Of a stretch of DNA of 64,000 nucleotides, positions 9,384 through 19,908 are shown in pieces. A model generated the notes under the pieces. That model saw only the letters and a list, made by a program, of their open reading frames with translations. It ran no database searches and had not been told where the DNA came from. The number at the start of each line of letters is the position of its first letter. The first letter of the stretch is position 1. A program made the translations under genes and the position numbers. The stretch is from Campylobacterales bacterium (GTDB taxonomy: Bacteria; Campylobacterota; Campylobacteria; Campylobacterales; SZUA-545): positions 9,221-73,220 of the forward strand of contig JBNKTC010000009.1 of assembly GCA_050297855.1 (NCBI GenBank), read 5' to 3'.

Positions 9384-10766
9384 TTACAGCCCCATTTTAT
9401 TCGGATTGAGGATGTTATTGGGGTCGAACGCTTTTTTAAGTGTTCGAAAGAGGTTCATCTCCTCCGGGGAAAAGGCGATGTCCATAAAGGGGGCCTTGGA
9501 GAGACCGATACCGTGCTCACCGCTGAGTGTGCCTTCCAGCTCGACAGCCGCTTCGAAGATCGCATGGATCGCCTTTTCGGCATTGAGGTATCGGACCGGG
9601 TCATTCTTGTCGGTCATGACATTGACGTGGACATTTCCGTCCCCGGTATGACCGAAACACGGGATCTGGTGGTCGTACTCTTTGCCGATCGCTTCAATAC
9701 GGCGCAACAGTTCAGGAAGCTTGCTTCGCGGAACGGTGATATCTTCGTTCAGTTTGGTCGGTCCGTACGCTTTAAGGCTTGGACTGGCATTACGTCTGGC
9801 AAACCAGATGTCCGCAGCCTCTTCGGGTGTCGCCGCCTTTTTAAAACCGACGGAACCGTTTGCTTTGAAGACCTTTTCCAATGCACCCAACTGGAACTCC
9901 AGATCTGCTTCCGTATTGCCGTCTACATCGGCGATCAGGATCGCCCCCGCATCCAGTGGCAGGCCTTTTTTATAGATCTTCTCCACCGACTGGATCGTCA
10001 GGTTGTCCAAAAACTCCATCGCCACGGGGCTGACACCCTCGGCAAAGGTCTTGAACGTCGCATTCATCGCCGCGTCCACGCTGGGGAAGATCCCCATGAC
10101 GGTACGCTGCATCTTAGGCTTAGGGATCAGCTTGAGCGTGATCTCCGTCAGGACCGCCAGGGTCCCTTCGCTGGCGATCAGGATCCCGGCGATGTTATAT
10201 CCGGCGACGTCCTTGATCGTCTTTTTCCCGGCACGGATGACGTCGCCGTTGGGCAGGACAGCACGAAGGGCCATGACGTAATCCTTCGTGATCCCGTATT
10301 TGGCTGCCCGCATCCCACCGGCATTCTCGCTGACGTTTCCGCCGAGTGTGGAGTAGTCCTGGCTGGCAGGATCCGGCGGATAGAAGAGCCCCTGGGCTTC
10401 GACCGCTTTTTGGAACTCCATGTTAACGACACCCGGCTGGACACGGGCCACGAGGTTTTCCATGTCGATCTCCAGGATCTTGTTCATATGTTTTTCAAAG
10501 GCCAGGATGATCCCGCCGTTGGCGGGGAGCGCCCCGCCGGTAAAACCGCTGCCCGCACCGCGCGGGACGATGATGATTTGATGCTCGTTGCAGTATTTTA
10601 GAATCTCGCTTACGTCTTTCTCGTCACGGGGGAAGACGACCGCATCGGGCTCGTACTCGTTGCGGGTCGCATCGTATGAGTAGGCCAGCGTATGGGCCTT
10701 GTCAGAGGAGACGTTCTCCTCGCCTATCATCGCCTTCAGGTTTGCCACATGTTTCAGATCAAGCAT
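9384..10766 (-). CDS. glcD: FAD-linked oxidase, glycolate oxidase subunit GlcD-like
   Basis: 460 aa. FAD-binding PCMH-type domain (IIVPRGAGSGFTGGALP) and a C-terminal FAD-oxidase domain (GEHGIGLSK). Confidence 0.85.
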   Translation of the reverse strand: MLDLKHVANLKAMIGEENVSSDKAHTLAYSYDATRNEYEPDAVVFPRDEKDVSEILKYCNEHQIIIVPRGAGSGFTGGALPANGGIILAFEKHMNKILEIDMENLVARVQPGVVNMEFQKAVEAQGLFYPPDPASQDYSTLGGNVSENAGGMRAAKYGITKDYVMALRAVLPNGDVIRAGKKTIKDVAGYNIAGILIASEGTLAVLTEITLKLIPKPKMQRTVMGIFPSVDAAMNATFKTFAEGVSPVAMEFLDNLTIQSVEKIYKKGLPLDAGAILIADVDGNTEADLEFQLGALEKVFKANGSVGFKKAATPEEAADIWFARRNASPSLKAYGPTKLNEDITVPRSKLPELLRRIEAIGKEYDHQIPCFGHTGDGNVHVNVMTDKNDPVRYLNAEKAIHAIFEAAVELEGTLSGEHGIGLSKAPFMDIAFSPEEMNLFRTLKKAFDPNNILNPNKMGL

Positions 10767-11461
10767 TATTTAACACCTATTATCTTTTTATAATACGCCG
10801 TAAAGTCATCCACGGCCTCGTCGCTAAAGTCAAAAAAGCCCCGCTCGATTTCACCCACTCTATGATAAAACGGCTTATCGTTGTCTTTATCATCAAACTG
10901 CACCGGTTTTTTCCCGATGACGCGGAAACTGAGGCAGTCCACCTCGTACAGTCCGTCGTTCAGTGCGAAGGCGAGCACGCCGATAAAGTTCTCCCTGCAA
11001 TAGGCCATAAAGGTGTCTCTGTCAGGTGCCGGGTTGTCGTCATATTTGAGTGTCACGGCCAGCAGGTCCGGATGGAACAGGATGGCATCAGGATACTGCG
11101 CCTTGGCGGCCAGGTAACTCTTCTGGTCCGGGGCGATCAAGGAGATGCTCCCGTTCAAAAGCCCCACAGCGACACGGTCACCTTTTTTCACCCCATCCTG
11201 TACCAGGGAGAGGGACTCGTGGTAAAGATAGTCAAACTGCTTGCAGTTCAGCTCACCGCGCTCTGCCGCGGTAACACTGCACTGGGCGATCACCGAGCCG
11301 TGATCGCTGTCAAAATCCCGGATGACAAAAGCGCTCATACCATTCTCCAGCCCCTGGGCGGATGCGACTTTGACCACACTCCCGTTCACTTCGGCCACCT
11401 CGGTCCGAACGGCCGAAAAGGCCAGTGTCGTCACTAAAAAAAACAGATAGATTCTCTTCAC
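10766..11461 (-). CDS. Secreted hypothetical protein (possibly PgbA-N-like)
   Basis: Signal peptide MKRIYLFFLVTTLAFSA. The stop overlaps the glcD start by 1 nt (TAATG). In H. pylori, as I recall, the gene next to glcD is pgbA. The functional call is weak. Confidence 0.55.
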   Translation of the reverse strand: MKRIYLFFLVTTLAFSAVRTEVAEVNGSVVKVASAQGLENGMSAFVIRDFDSDHGSVIAQCSVTAAERGELNCKQFDYLYHESLSLVQDGVKKGDRVAVGLLNGSISLIAPDQKSYLAAKAQYPDAILFHPDLLAVTLKYDDNPAPDRDTFMAYCRENFIGVLAFALNDGLYEVDCLSFRVIGKKPVQFDDKDNDKPFYHRVGEIERGFFDFSDEAVDDFTAYYKKIIGVK

Positions 11462-11503
11462 GTAATTCCCTCAAAACAGTTTCGATGCGGCACGGCCGCG
11501 TTC

Positions 11504-12505
11504 ATGGTAAAACAATCTTTAGTTGAAGTGGGTATTATATCAAACAAACAAAAATTACGGATAAATGCGATGGTATTTGAATCACTGGATCTCTTTGAAA
11601 AAATCTTCCGGGAAAAGGAGTGTGACGCGGCCGCCGGACATATCGTCACACCCCAGCGGACCCCTCCGACCCGAAAGGAGGACCGGAGCTACCTGATGCT
11701 CTCGGCCAATAATGTAAAACACCTCAACAAACTCGATACCCTTACGGCTGACAACGTCATCATTAACTTAGAAGACGGCGTAGCCCCGGAGCAGAAGGAG
11801 ATCGCCCGCTATATGGCGGCGGTCTTCATCTCCAACCTTAAAGCGAGCCATACCCGCATCATCGTACGGGTCAACCCGCTGGGCGAAGGGGGTGAAGCCG
11901 ATATCGCCCTGCTGAATACGGCCCGCCCCGACGCGATCCGCGTCCCCAAGATATACAACGGGGATGACGCCCAAAAAGCGTGTGCCCTGATCAACCCCGA
12001 AATCGAGGTCCACTTCTCCGTCGAGACCAAAGAGGCCTTTGCCGATATCGGAGCACTCAAGATCGCCCCCCGGGTCACGACGTTCTACCTCGGGGTCCTC
12101 GACCTCCTGGCCGACCTGGCCGTCCCCCAATCGGTCATCGCCTTTGGCAACCCGACCATGACCTATCTTCTTTCCAAGTTTCTTATCGACTGTAAAACGT
12201 CCGGGGTCACGCCCGTCTCCTTTACTTACCAGGAGTATACGAAGCTGGAGAGTTTCCGCCACTGGTGCAAAACGGCACTGGAGATGGGCTATACAGGGAC
12301 GTCGTGTCTTTCACCCAAACAGGTCGCCGTGGCCAACGAGGTCTTCGGTGAACGGAAACGGGAGTTGGAAAAGGCGAAATATGTCATCGAGCGTTTCGAA
12401 GCAATGGCACGCACCGGCGTAACCGGCTTTAAAGACGAACGCTACGGTTTTATCGACGAGCCGATCTACAAAGGGGCCCTGTCACTGATTAAAGGCACTC
12501 GATAG
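11504..12505 (+). CDS. HpcH/HpaI aldolase - citrate lyase beta (CitE)-like protein
   Basis: RSYLMLSANN...VIINLEDGVAP...FSVETKEA pattern of the CitE/malyl-CoA-lyase family. Start uncertain (11504, 11570 or 11696). Confidence 0.7.
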   Translation: MVKQSLVEVGIISNKQKLRINAMVFESLDLFEKIFREKECDAAAGHIVTPQRTPPTRKEDRSYLMLSANNVKHLNKLDTLTADNVIINLEDGVAPEQKEIARYMAAVFISNLKASHTRIIVRVNPLGEGGEADIALLNTARPDAIRVPKIYNGDDAQKACALINPEIEVHFSVETKEAFADIGALKIAPRVTTFYLGVLDLLADLAVPQSVIAFGNPTMTYLLSKFLIDCKTSGVTPVSFTYQEYTKLESFRHWCKTALEMGYTGTSCLSPKQVAVANEVFGERKRELEKAKYVIERFEAMARTGVTGFKDERYGFIDEPIYKGALSLIKGTR

Positions 12506-12920
12506 CCGCGATCTCCCTGAGGATAAAACCGATGTTGTCGTGGGCAAAATCAAGGATCACATCCTGCTCTTTTGCCACCTTTTGGAGGGCTTCGAAGTTC
12601 TTTTTGAGAAGCGTCAGGTCCGCAATGGTCTGTTCGGCCACATAGCGGTAGGTGACCTCCCCTAAGGGATCGTCTTTGATCTTTCTGTTTTTATCCAGGT
12701 CAGAAAGGGTAAGGTGGGGTTTTTCATCCAGCTGGATGATGTGTTCGGCGCTGTCGTTAAAGACACGCTCCATATAGTCGTGAAGCTGTTCGGTCATATT
12801 CTGGACCGCCATGAAGTTCATCCCCTCGATGTTCCATTTATAGCTGTGAAGCTTGATAAACAGCGCATGGGAATCGGCCTGGATCTGTCGGAGCCATTTA
12901 ACGCTTTTTTTATTACTCAT
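12489..12920 (-). CDS. dps: Dps-family ferritin-like DNA-protection protein
   Basis: 143 aa. ...ADSHALFIKLHSYKWNIEGMNF...LHDYMERVFNDSAEHIIQLDE fits the Dps ferroxidase-centre pattern (H..W...G, D...E). Confidence 0.85.
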   Translation of the reverse strand: MSNKKSVKWLRQIQADSHALFIKLHSYKWNIEGMNFMAVQNMTEQLHDYMERVFNDSAEHIIQLDEKPHLTLSDLDKNRKIKDDPLGEVTYRYVAEQTIADLTLLKKNFEALQKVAKEQDVILDFAHDNIGFILREIAAIECL

Positions 12921-12943
12921 CGCGTACCCCTTATCTCAAAGGA

Positions 12944-12964
12944 GGGAGAGTATCAAACTCTCCC
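12944..12964 (-). terminator. Hairpin after the chemoreceptor gene
   Basis: GGGAGAGT-atcaa-ACTCTCCC, a perfect 8-bp stem, 19 nt downstream of the MCP stop on the minus strand. Confidence 0.5.
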
Positions 12965-12982
12965 CGCGTAATAAAAGCCCGG

Positions 12983-15133
12983 TCAGGCTTTGCCTTTTTC
13001 ACCCTCTTCAATGATGGTATTGATGATATCAAAGAGTCGTTTACTCTCCTCTTCGGCCGCTTTAAACTTGGCGATCACCGTCTCGCTGTTCTCCAGGCAG
13101 TCGCCGGAGTTGACGCACTGGATCGCCTCTTTGATCAGATCATGCAGATGCTGGTGCGGTGCTGCCAGTTGCTGGTAGCTTGCCACGTGGCCGAAATGGG
13201 TCTTCCCGTCGCCGCTTTCGTACCATTTGCCCAGGTTGCAGGCGTGGTGGTCGGTAAACTCGCCGGTGACCTTGTCCTCAAAGATACTCATGTAGCCGTT
13301 GGTCTTGTAGATCAGGTGGTCCAGCTTGACCAGGCTGGCAAAGAGTTTATAGGAGATGTTCTCGTTATAGTTCTTGATCAGGACGGCGTTGTCGATAAGG
13401 GTGGAGAGGATCTCTTTAAAGGCATCCAGCTTTTCCGCCGACTGGCTCGCCATCACCTCGGTCTTCTCACTGCTTTCGACCATATTGGTACTGTTCTGCT
13501 TGAGAATATTGATACTCGCCTCCACCTCGCTTGTGGCACGCTGGGTCCGCTCGGCCAGCTTCCGTACCTCGTCGGCGACGACGGCGAAACCGCGTCCGTG
13601 CTCCCCGGCTCTGGCCGCTTCGATGGCGGCGTTGAGTGCCAGCAGGTTGGTCTGGTCGGAGATATCCTTGATCAGGGAGATGACGCTGTTGATCTCTTCG
13701 ACACTGTTGTTCAGCTGCTCGGAGTTGGCGCGCGAATCGTTGGTCATCTCCAGGATGTTGCTGATCGTCGAGATCACCTCGTCGGTGGAGATATTGACAT
13801 CGTGGATGACTACCTCGGTCTTTTTGTTGATCTCGTTGACCGTATTGAGGCTGTCGATATTCTTTTTCATACCGCACTGCAGGTCCAGAGCGTTGTGGAC
13901 GGTCCCGTCGATCATCCCTTCGGAGAGTCGGATCGTCATATTGGATTTCTGCAGGTTGCGCTCCACCTGGGACTTGGCTTCGGCTGTTGCCTTGGCATCC
14001 GCCTGCGCCTTCTGGGCGATCTCTTCCACCTTGGCGATAAAGGTATTAAAGCCGCGGGCCGCCTTCCCGATCTCATCGCCCGATTTGATATCGATCCGTT
14101 TGGTCAGGTCCGCATCACCCTGGGCCAGTTCGACCGCTACCTCTTCGAGGTGGTTGATCGGCTTCGTCACACCGTATTTGACGACCAGCAGCAGGAAGAT
14201 CAGGATGATCATATCGATCACGGCCATGATGATCACCTGTTTTAACAGGGCGCTCTCAGACTGGGAGATCACCCGGTCGACGTATGCAAGGTCCCGGGCC
14301 ACGACGGCATACCCCACCGTTTCACCCTTAAAGTCGACGATCGGGTTGGAGACAATAAAGTAGTTGTCGTTGGTGAGGACGTTTTTGGTATCTTTGATGT
14401 TGAGGCCCTTCAGGCCGGCAAAGAACTTCTTGTCGATGATCTCGGGACGTACGGCGAGGGTATAGCCGCCGTTAAGCTTGGGAGCGTCTTTGAGGGCAGT
14501 CGCCACATCGAGGTATTTGTTGTCCATGACGATGATGACGTTCATGTTATGTTTTTTCTTGGCATCCCGGACGATGGAGTTAAGCCCCTGCATAAACTCG
14601 ACCGATCCCAGGTACTCTCCCTGCATGATGATCGGGGAGATCCCGCGCAGGACAAGGCCTGCACGGCCCAGTTCTACCGCCACCAGCGGCTGCTTGCTCG
14701 CTTTGACCTGGTTGATCGTATGCCTGAACCCGCTCAGGTCGTCACCCCACTTCTTCGGTTTCCATGCCCGCAGGAAACTCCGGACGTTGCGGTCGTGGAT
14801 GTGGATCTTGATATTACGGAACTTCGTATTCTCTTTATAAAGCCCCGACATCTCGCTAAGCCCCTGGATCGCCAGGGCACGGTTGCCGCTTTTGAGTGCT
14901 TCGACCACATAGTAGTTTTTTGAGATCGCCAGCGCATTGGTGATCCCAATGTTGTTTTTCTCGTCGATCGCCTCGTTAAAGAAAGATCGGAGCGTACTCT
15001 CCTCTTCGGCGTACACATCCCCTTTGATCTCGTTGACCGAGCTGAAAAAGCTGCTGATGATGATCACAAACCCGACCGCGATCGATGCGATAAGCGGGAC
15101 ATGGATCTTCTGACTGATGGAAAAATTTTTCAT
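12983..15133 (-). CDS. Methyl-accepting chemotaxis protein with Cache-like sensor and C-terminal CZB zinc-binding domain
   Basis: 716 aa. N-terminal TM, a periplasmic region of about 280 aa, a second TM ([18 protein letters not shown]) and HAMP. Signalling hairpin [35 protein letters not shown]-terminus [10 protein letters not shown]...HQHLH...C is the chemoreceptor zinc-binding motif. Confidence 0.9.
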   Translation of the reverse strand: MKNFSISQKIHVPLIASIAVGFVIIISSFFSSVNEIKGDVYAEEESTLRSFFNEAIDEKNNIGITNALAISKNYYVVEALKSGNRALAIQGLSEMSGLYKENTKFRNIKIHIHDRNVRSFLRAWKPKKWGDDLSGFRHTINQVKASKQPLVAVELGRAGLVLRGISPIIMQGEYLGSVEFMQGLNSIVRDAKKKHNMNVIIVMDNKYLDVATALKDAPKLNGGYTLAVRPEIIDKKFFAGLKGLNIKDTKNVLTNDNYFIVSNPIVDFKGETVGYAVVARDLAYVDRVISQSESALLKQVIIMAVIDMIILIFLLLVVKYGVTKPINHLEEVAVELAQGDADLTKRIDIKSGDEIGKAARGFNTFIAKVEEIAQKAQADAKATAEAKSQVERNLQKSNMTIRLSEGMIDGTVHNALDLQCGMKKNIDSLNTVNEINKKTEVVIHDVNISTDEVISTISNILEMTNDSRANSEQLNNSVEEINSVISLIKDISDQTNLLALNAAIEAARAGEHGRGFAVVADEVRKLAERTQRATSEVEASINILKQNSTNMVESSEKTEVMASQSAEKLDAFKEILSTLIDNAVLIKNYNENISYKLFASLVKLDHLIYKTNGYMSIFEDKVTGEFTDHHACNLGKWYESGDGKTHFGHVASYQQLAAPHQHLHDLIKEAIQCVNSGDCLENSETVIAKFKAAEEESKRLFDIINTIIEEGEKGKA

Positions 15134-15204
15134 TGATTGTCACCCTTTTGAAATAATACTCTGCTAACAGTCTAACGAAAATGTGTAAAAAAAACGTAAA
15201 TTTT

Positions 15205-15993
15205 CTAATTTCTTCCCTTGATCGCTCTCACAGCTGCGCTCAGATCATCCTGGCGCATGAAGTGTTCCCCGATCAAAAAGGCGTCGACCCCCGCATCGGA
15301 GAGTCGCTTGAGCTGATCGTTCTCATAGAGACCGCTTTCGGCCACGATGATCTTGCCGTTGGGGATCATGGACATCAGTTTGAAGCTGAGCTCCATATCC
15401 ATATCGAAGGTATCAAGGTTGCGGTGGTTGATCCCGATAATATTGGCCCCGGCGAAGATCGCCTTTTTAAGATCCTCCGCGTCGTGGATCTCCACCAAAG
15501 CCTCCATCCCCAGCTTCCAGGTATCTTCCAGCAGCTCTTTGAGCTCTTTTTTGGAGAGGGCTTTGGCGATCAGCAGGACGAAGTCGGCGCCATATACAAG
15601 GGCCTCCATCAGCTGGTAGCGGTCGACGATAAAGTCCTTGCGCAGCAGCGGAAGGCCGACGTAACGGCGGATCATCGGGATATATTCGAGGTTGCCTTTA
15701 AAATAGTGCGGCTCTGTCAGGACCGAGATGGCGTTCGCCCCGCCCTTTTCATAAGCCACGGCGATCTCTACGGGATCGAAATCTTCGCGGATCACCCCCT
15801 TGGAGGGACTCGCTTTTTTCACCTCGGCGATTATCTTGTAGGGGTCCTCCTCCGTCTTGGTCAGAAAGGGCTTCACATCCCGGGGGAGGTAGGGGTTGTA
15901 GCTCAGGCTCATCCCCATCATGTCGATGGACATCTTCGCTTTGCGCTCCTCCAGGTCCGCTTTGGTCTTTTTAATAATCTCATCTAAAATCAT
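15205..15993 (-). CDS. trpC: Indole-3-glycerol phosphate synthase
   Basis: 262 aa. [18 protein letters not shown]..., [30 protein letters not shown]. Confidence 0.93.
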   Translation of the reverse strand: MILDEIIKKTKADLEERKAKMSIDMMGMSLSYNPYLPRDVKPFLTKTEEDPYKIIAEVKKASPSKGVIREDFDPVEIAVAYEKGGANAISVLTEPHYFKGNLEYIPMIRRYVGLPLLRKDFIVDRYQLMEALVYGADFVLLIAKALSKKELKELLEDTWKLGMEALVEIHDAEDLKKAIFAGANIIGINHRNLDTFDMDMELSFKLMSMIPNGKIIVAESGLYENDQLKRLSDAGVDAFLIGEHFMRQDDLSAAVRAIKGRN

Positions 15994-15999
15994 CGAAAT

Positions 16000-17271
16000 C
16001 TATTTCCTCTTTTTGGTCTTGTTGTGTACGGCATCGTACTTCTTTTTGATGGTCCGGTAGTGCTCCTTGACGATCGGGTCGTCCATCACCCGCTTGACCT
16101 TCTGCATCAGTTCGTATGCCTTGGTATATTTTTTCTGCTTGTAGTACCCCCACGCCAGTGAGTCGAGGTAGGAGAGGTTCTCGCGGTCCTGCTCCAGGGC
16201 TTTTTTTACCAGCCGGATCCCCTCGGCGACGTCAAGGTTGTTGTCGATCAGAAGGTAGCCGAGGTAGTTGAGGTAGACGTGGGAGTTGCTCTCTTTGAGC
16301 ACGCTGCGCAGGTTTGCCACCGTCTTCTTGATCAGCCCCCGGTCCTTCTGGTCCCCCGATTCGAACTGGAACATCGCATACTGGGCGAAGTAGTCGATCT
16401 CGCCGCTCTTTTTATAGATACGGTGGGCTACCTCGGCGGCCTTTTTATAGTCACGGTTGTGCTTCAGGAGTTTCAGCAGCATCATATCGTCCAGCTGTGA
16501 CGTCTCCAGGAACGCCTGCAGCCCGACATAGTCGTTTTTAAGTAGGTAGAGATCGATCACCTTCCGGCCGATCAGGTCGTCCCCCTCGATCTCGTAGATC
16601 CGTTTGTAAACGGCGATCACCCCGTCGATATCCCCCTTGCGGGCATAGAGCGACGCCAGGCGCTGGCAAAGATACTGTCCGCAGCCGTGGAAGCGTACAT
16701 GGGTCTCGTAGTACTGGATCGCTTCATCGCTCTTTTTCATGTAGAGGTAGAGTACTTCGGCGATCTTGTCGACGGCGTAGTCGCTGGGGTTGATGTCGTA
16801 CGCTTTTTTATAATACTCGATACTCTGCTCATAATCCTTCAGAAGCAGGTAGACCTCGGCAGCCATAATAAAGCTCGATTCGCTCTTCTCTTCAGCAAGC
16901 AGCTTCTTCACTTCCGCCAGGGCCTCTTCATAGCGCTTGGCGTTCTTCAGGGCCTCGATCAGGAGTTTGCGGATCGTGGCGTTATCCTCTTTTTCCAGGA
17001 AAGCCGCGGCGGATGCGGCAGCTTTTTTGTACTCTTTTTGGTAGAGCTGGATCCGAAGCGACTCTTTGAGATACTCCCCGTTGCCCGTCTCATTGTAGAG
17101 GCGCTGGAAGTAGTCATCTGCGGTATCGTACTCTTTTTGAAGCAGGGCGTCGTAGGCGATCAGGACCAGCTCGTCCTCCTGGGCCGCATGGGGTTTGGGT
17201 GCGGTCGGGGCACACCCGGAGATGATCAGTGAGGCCAGGAGGATTAGGAGTGGTAGACGATACCTGGACAT
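16000..17271 (-). CDS. TPR-repeat lipoprotein
   Basis: Track ORF 16000..17331. Likely start is MSRYRL at 17271, with lipobox LIISGC. The remainder is TPR-like repeats (A..YY.KA...). Confidence 0.75.
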   Translation of the reverse strand: MSRYRLPLLILLASLIISGCAPTAPKPHAAQEDELVLIAYDALLQKEYDTADDYFQRLYNETGNGEYLKESLRIQLYQKEYKKAAASAAAFLEKEDNATIRKLLIEALKNAKRYEEALAEVKKLLAEEKSESSFIMAAEVYLLLKDYEQSIEYYKKAYDINPSDYAVDKIAEVLYLYMKKSDEAIQYYETHVRFHGCGQYLCQRLASLYARKGDIDGVIAVYKRIYEIEGDDLIGRKVIDLYLLKNDYVGLQAFLETSQLDDMMLLKLLKHNRDYKKAAEVAHRIYKKSGEIDYFAQYAMFQFESGDQKDRGLIKKTVANLRSVLKESNSHVYLNYLGYLLIDNNLDVAEGIRLVKKALEQDRENLSYLDSLAWGYYKQKKYTKAYELMQKVKRVMDDPIVKEHYRTIKKKYDAVHNKTKKRK

Positions 17272-17618
17272 TCTTTCCCTGCTTCCTTCGGATTTTTTAA
17301 AAAGTAGTCCCAAAACGGGAATGTGCGACACTGTGTCGGTCTGACATCATATATGCTGCACCCTGAAACTCCACTATCGAAAAAGACGCATTCGTAGCTC
17401 TCGCCCTTTTTGACCTCGCGGATTGAGTATTTATACCCCACCTTCTCCAGGTAGTCGTGTTTAAACGCCTCGACCTCCATCCCCAGCCTTTCGGCTATCC
17501 TGACGATCTCCTCGGGGGAGACCCAGATGTAGCCGCTCTCGCCGATGCAGCAGTGGCCGTTGCAGCTCTCGCACGCTGTCTCGTCAAAGGAAAACGGGAA
17601 GCCCTCTTTTTCTATCAC
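17244..17618 (-). CDS. YkgJ-family cysteine-cluster protein
   Basis: 124 aa with CESCNGHCC...C and ...CVFFD...GCSIYDVRPTQCRTFPFW, the UPF0153/YkgJ signature. Confidence 0.8.
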   Translation of the reverse strand: MIEKEGFPFSFDETACESCNGHCCIGESGYIWVSPEEIVRIAERLGMEVEAFKHDYLEKVGYKYSIREVKKGESYECVFFDSGVSGCSIYDVRPTQCRTFPFWDYFLKNPKEAGKECPGIVYHS

Positions 17619-18286
17619 ACCATACTCTCTGTTTTTGATTTTTTGCCCAGGGCGTCCAGGTAGGCCGCGTCGTCCATAAAGAGCGGCGCTTCCAGGACGA
17701 CTGTTCCCTGGCGGTATTTTTTTGCCTCGATCAGTACCAACCGGGCGGGCTTGGTCCGGTCCGGGTGCACCAGCCGCATGCGGACCAGATGAAACTTCTT
17801 AAGCGTCAGCTCATGCATAAGGCGCTGCAGGGCCCGTGCATCGAAGCAGAAGATAAAACTCCCCCGGTTATGGATATGGGCGTTTACGCTTGCCAGAAGC
17901 TGCTCGAAAGGGAGATTCTCCTCGTACCGAGCGATGTTTTTGGAGACATTCTCCGACTGCGTCCCGCCCGACGGGTAGAAGGGCGGGTTGCTGACGACCA
18001 GATCGAATTTTCCCGGATGGGAGAAAGCCGCCGCATCCCCATGGAAAAACTCCGCTTTGATGCGGTTATGGGAGGCGTTCTTCTTTGCATAGGCGATCAT
18101 CGCTTCCTGCCGGTCGATCCCCATCAGGGAACACTCCAGGTCGCGGGCAAGCAGCAGACCGACGATGCCGCTGCCGCAGCCGATATCCAGGATCTTCCCC
18201 CTGACCCGGCTCCCCAGGGCAAAATCGTAAAGTAGCAGCGAATCGCTGTTGTATCGGAACCCCTCTTCGGGCTGATAGATCTTCAC
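17615..18286 (-). CDS. N6-adenine-type SAM methyltransferase (tRNA m6A37 TrmN6/YfiC-like)
   Basis: FRYNSDSLLLYDF, SAM motif ILDIGCGSGIVGL, catalytic VVSNPPFY. Confidence 0.75.
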   Translation of the reverse strand: MKIYQPEEGFRYNSDSLLLYDFALGSRVRGKILDIGCGSGIVGLLLARDLECSLMGIDRQEAMIAYAKKNASHNRIKAEFFHGDAAAFSHPGKFDLVVSNPPFYPSGGTQSENVSKNIARYEENLPFEQLLASVNAHIHNRGSFIFCFDARALQRLMHELTLKKFHLVRMRLVHPDRTKPARLVLIEAKKYRQGTVVLEAPLFMDDAAYLDALGKKSKTESMV

Positions 18287-18394
18287 TCCGCTATACCCTT
18301 CTTTTCCGGGACCTGCATCGCCAGTTTATGCTCTGTTTGTATATAATTCTACCAAATTAATGGTAAATGAACCGACATCCACACAAGGGCAACT

Positions 18395-19102
18395 ATGATA
18401 ATCATCCCCGCACGCATCGCAAGCAGCCGATTCCCCAAAAAAGTCCTGGCGGACATCAACGGCGTCCCGATGGTGATCGCCACGGCCCGACGGGTCGAAA
18501 ACCTTGATAACGTAGCCATCGCCACCGACTCCCAGGAGGTTTGCGACATCGCCAAGGCACATGGTTTTGAAGCGGTCATGACCAGCGACGCCCACCAGAG
18601 CGGCACCGACCGGATCCACGAGGCGGCCGAGCTGCTGGGGCTTAAGGACGACGAGCCGATCGTCAACGTCCAGGCGGACGAACCCTTTATCGAACCGGAA
18701 GTGGTCCAGCAGGTGATCGACAAAGTCAAAAGCCTCAACCGCGATTTTACGATGGTCAGCTGCTACCGCCGGATGGACCCGGAGTTTGCCACCGACCCCA
18801 ACCATGTCAAGGTGATCACCGACGTCTACGGCGACGCGATCTACTTCTCCCGCTCCAAGATCCCCTACGACCGCGAGGAGCATCACGACTACTACGGCCA
18901 CCTGGGAATCTACGGGTTTGACAAAAAGAGCCTCAAGGCCTTCTGCCAGTACCGCCCCGCCCCCCTGGAGAACATCGAAAAACTCGAACAGCTCCGTGCC
19001 ATCTATAACGGCCACAAGATCGCCATGGTGGAGGTCAACTCCAGAAGTTTCGGTATCGACTCCCCCGAAGACCTGGAAAAAGCGCTGCGGGAACTAAGCT
19101 GA
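18395..19102 (+). CDS. kdsB: 3-deoxy-manno-octulosonate cytidylyltransferase
   Basis: MIIIPARIASSRFPKKVLADINGVPMV..., SGTDRI, VNVQADEPF. Confidence 0.93.
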   Translation: MIIIPARIASSRFPKKVLADINGVPMVIATARRVENLDNVAIATDSQEVCDIAKAHGFEAVMTSDAHQSGTDRIHEAAELLGLKDDEPIVNVQADEPFIEPEVVQQVIDKVKSLNRDFTMVSCYRRMDPEFATDPNHVKVITDVYGDAIYFSRSKIPYDREEHHDYYGHLGIYGFDKKSLKAFCQYRPAPLENIEKLEQLRAIYNGHKIAMVEVNSRSFGIDSPEDLEKALRELS

Positions 19103-19188
19103 TAAGAAAATTAAAAGAAAGCTTTCAGATAGTTTATAAATCATATTTGGAATAAAGCGTGCTATAGTACCTCCAATAAGGAGTAAAA

Positions 19189-19905
19189 GTGTCTTTTATT
19201 CAGTTTGTACGGTACACGGTCGTCGTGATCTTTTTTGTCGCGATCGTGGACAGTTTTGCCTATGTCCAGTTCCGTTACATCCTGAAACTGGTGTTGGAAC
19301 CCTACTTCTTTTTGATCCCGTCGCTGCTGGGGATTATCTTCGGGACCCTCTTTTTCCTCTTCCGCCACTACTACCTCCAGGCCAAGGAGAAGCAGCTCTA
19401 CGAGAAGGTCGCCAAAACCGACCTGCTGACCGGGTCATTGAGCCGTTACGCCTTTGACGCCCTCTACCAAAACGAAATCGACCGCTACAAACGGACCCGC
19501 CGGCCCTTCTCGCTTCTGATGCTGGATGTGGACAACTTCAAGAAAGTCAACGACCGCTTTGGGCACCATGCCGGGGATTGCGTGCTTCGGGAGATGTGCG
19601 GGGCGATCCGCCACGAACTGCGCAGTATCGACCTGCTCTGCCGATGGGGCGGCGAGGAGTTTATCATCCTGCTCCCAGAGACCCCAAGAGAAGAGATCGC
19701 CACGATCGCCGAACGGATCCGCCGACGGGTCGAGACCTACAACTTCCGTCTGGGTCATCCCGTCACCATCAGCCTGGGGGGCATCGAGGTCAATGATGAA
19801 AAGGGATGGGAGAGCGACACCTTCTTGAAAAAGGTGGACGAGGCGCTTTATGCCTCCAAGCGGGGAGGAAAAAACCGTACCGAGATCTGCTGCGACGAAG
19901 CGTAA
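19189..19905 (+). CDS. Membrane-anchored GGDEF diguanylate cyclase
   Basis: GTG start after an AAGGAG RBS. Two N-terminal TM helices, then DLLTG...LDVDNFKKVNDRFGHHAGD...RWGGEEFIILLPET...SKRGGKNR. Confidence 0.88.
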   Translation: MSFIQFVRYTVVVIFFVAIVDSFAYVQFRYILKLVLEPYFFLIPSLLGIIFGTLFFLFRHYYLQAKEKQLYEKVAKTDLLTGSLSRYAFDALYQNEIDRYKRTRRPFSLLMLDVDNFKKVNDRFGHHAGDCVLREMCGAIRHELRSIDLLCRWGGEEFIILLPETPREEIATIAERIRRRVETYNFRLGHPVTISLGGIEVNDEKGWESDTFLKKVDEALYASKRGGKNRTEICCDEA

Positions 19906-19908
19906 GGG

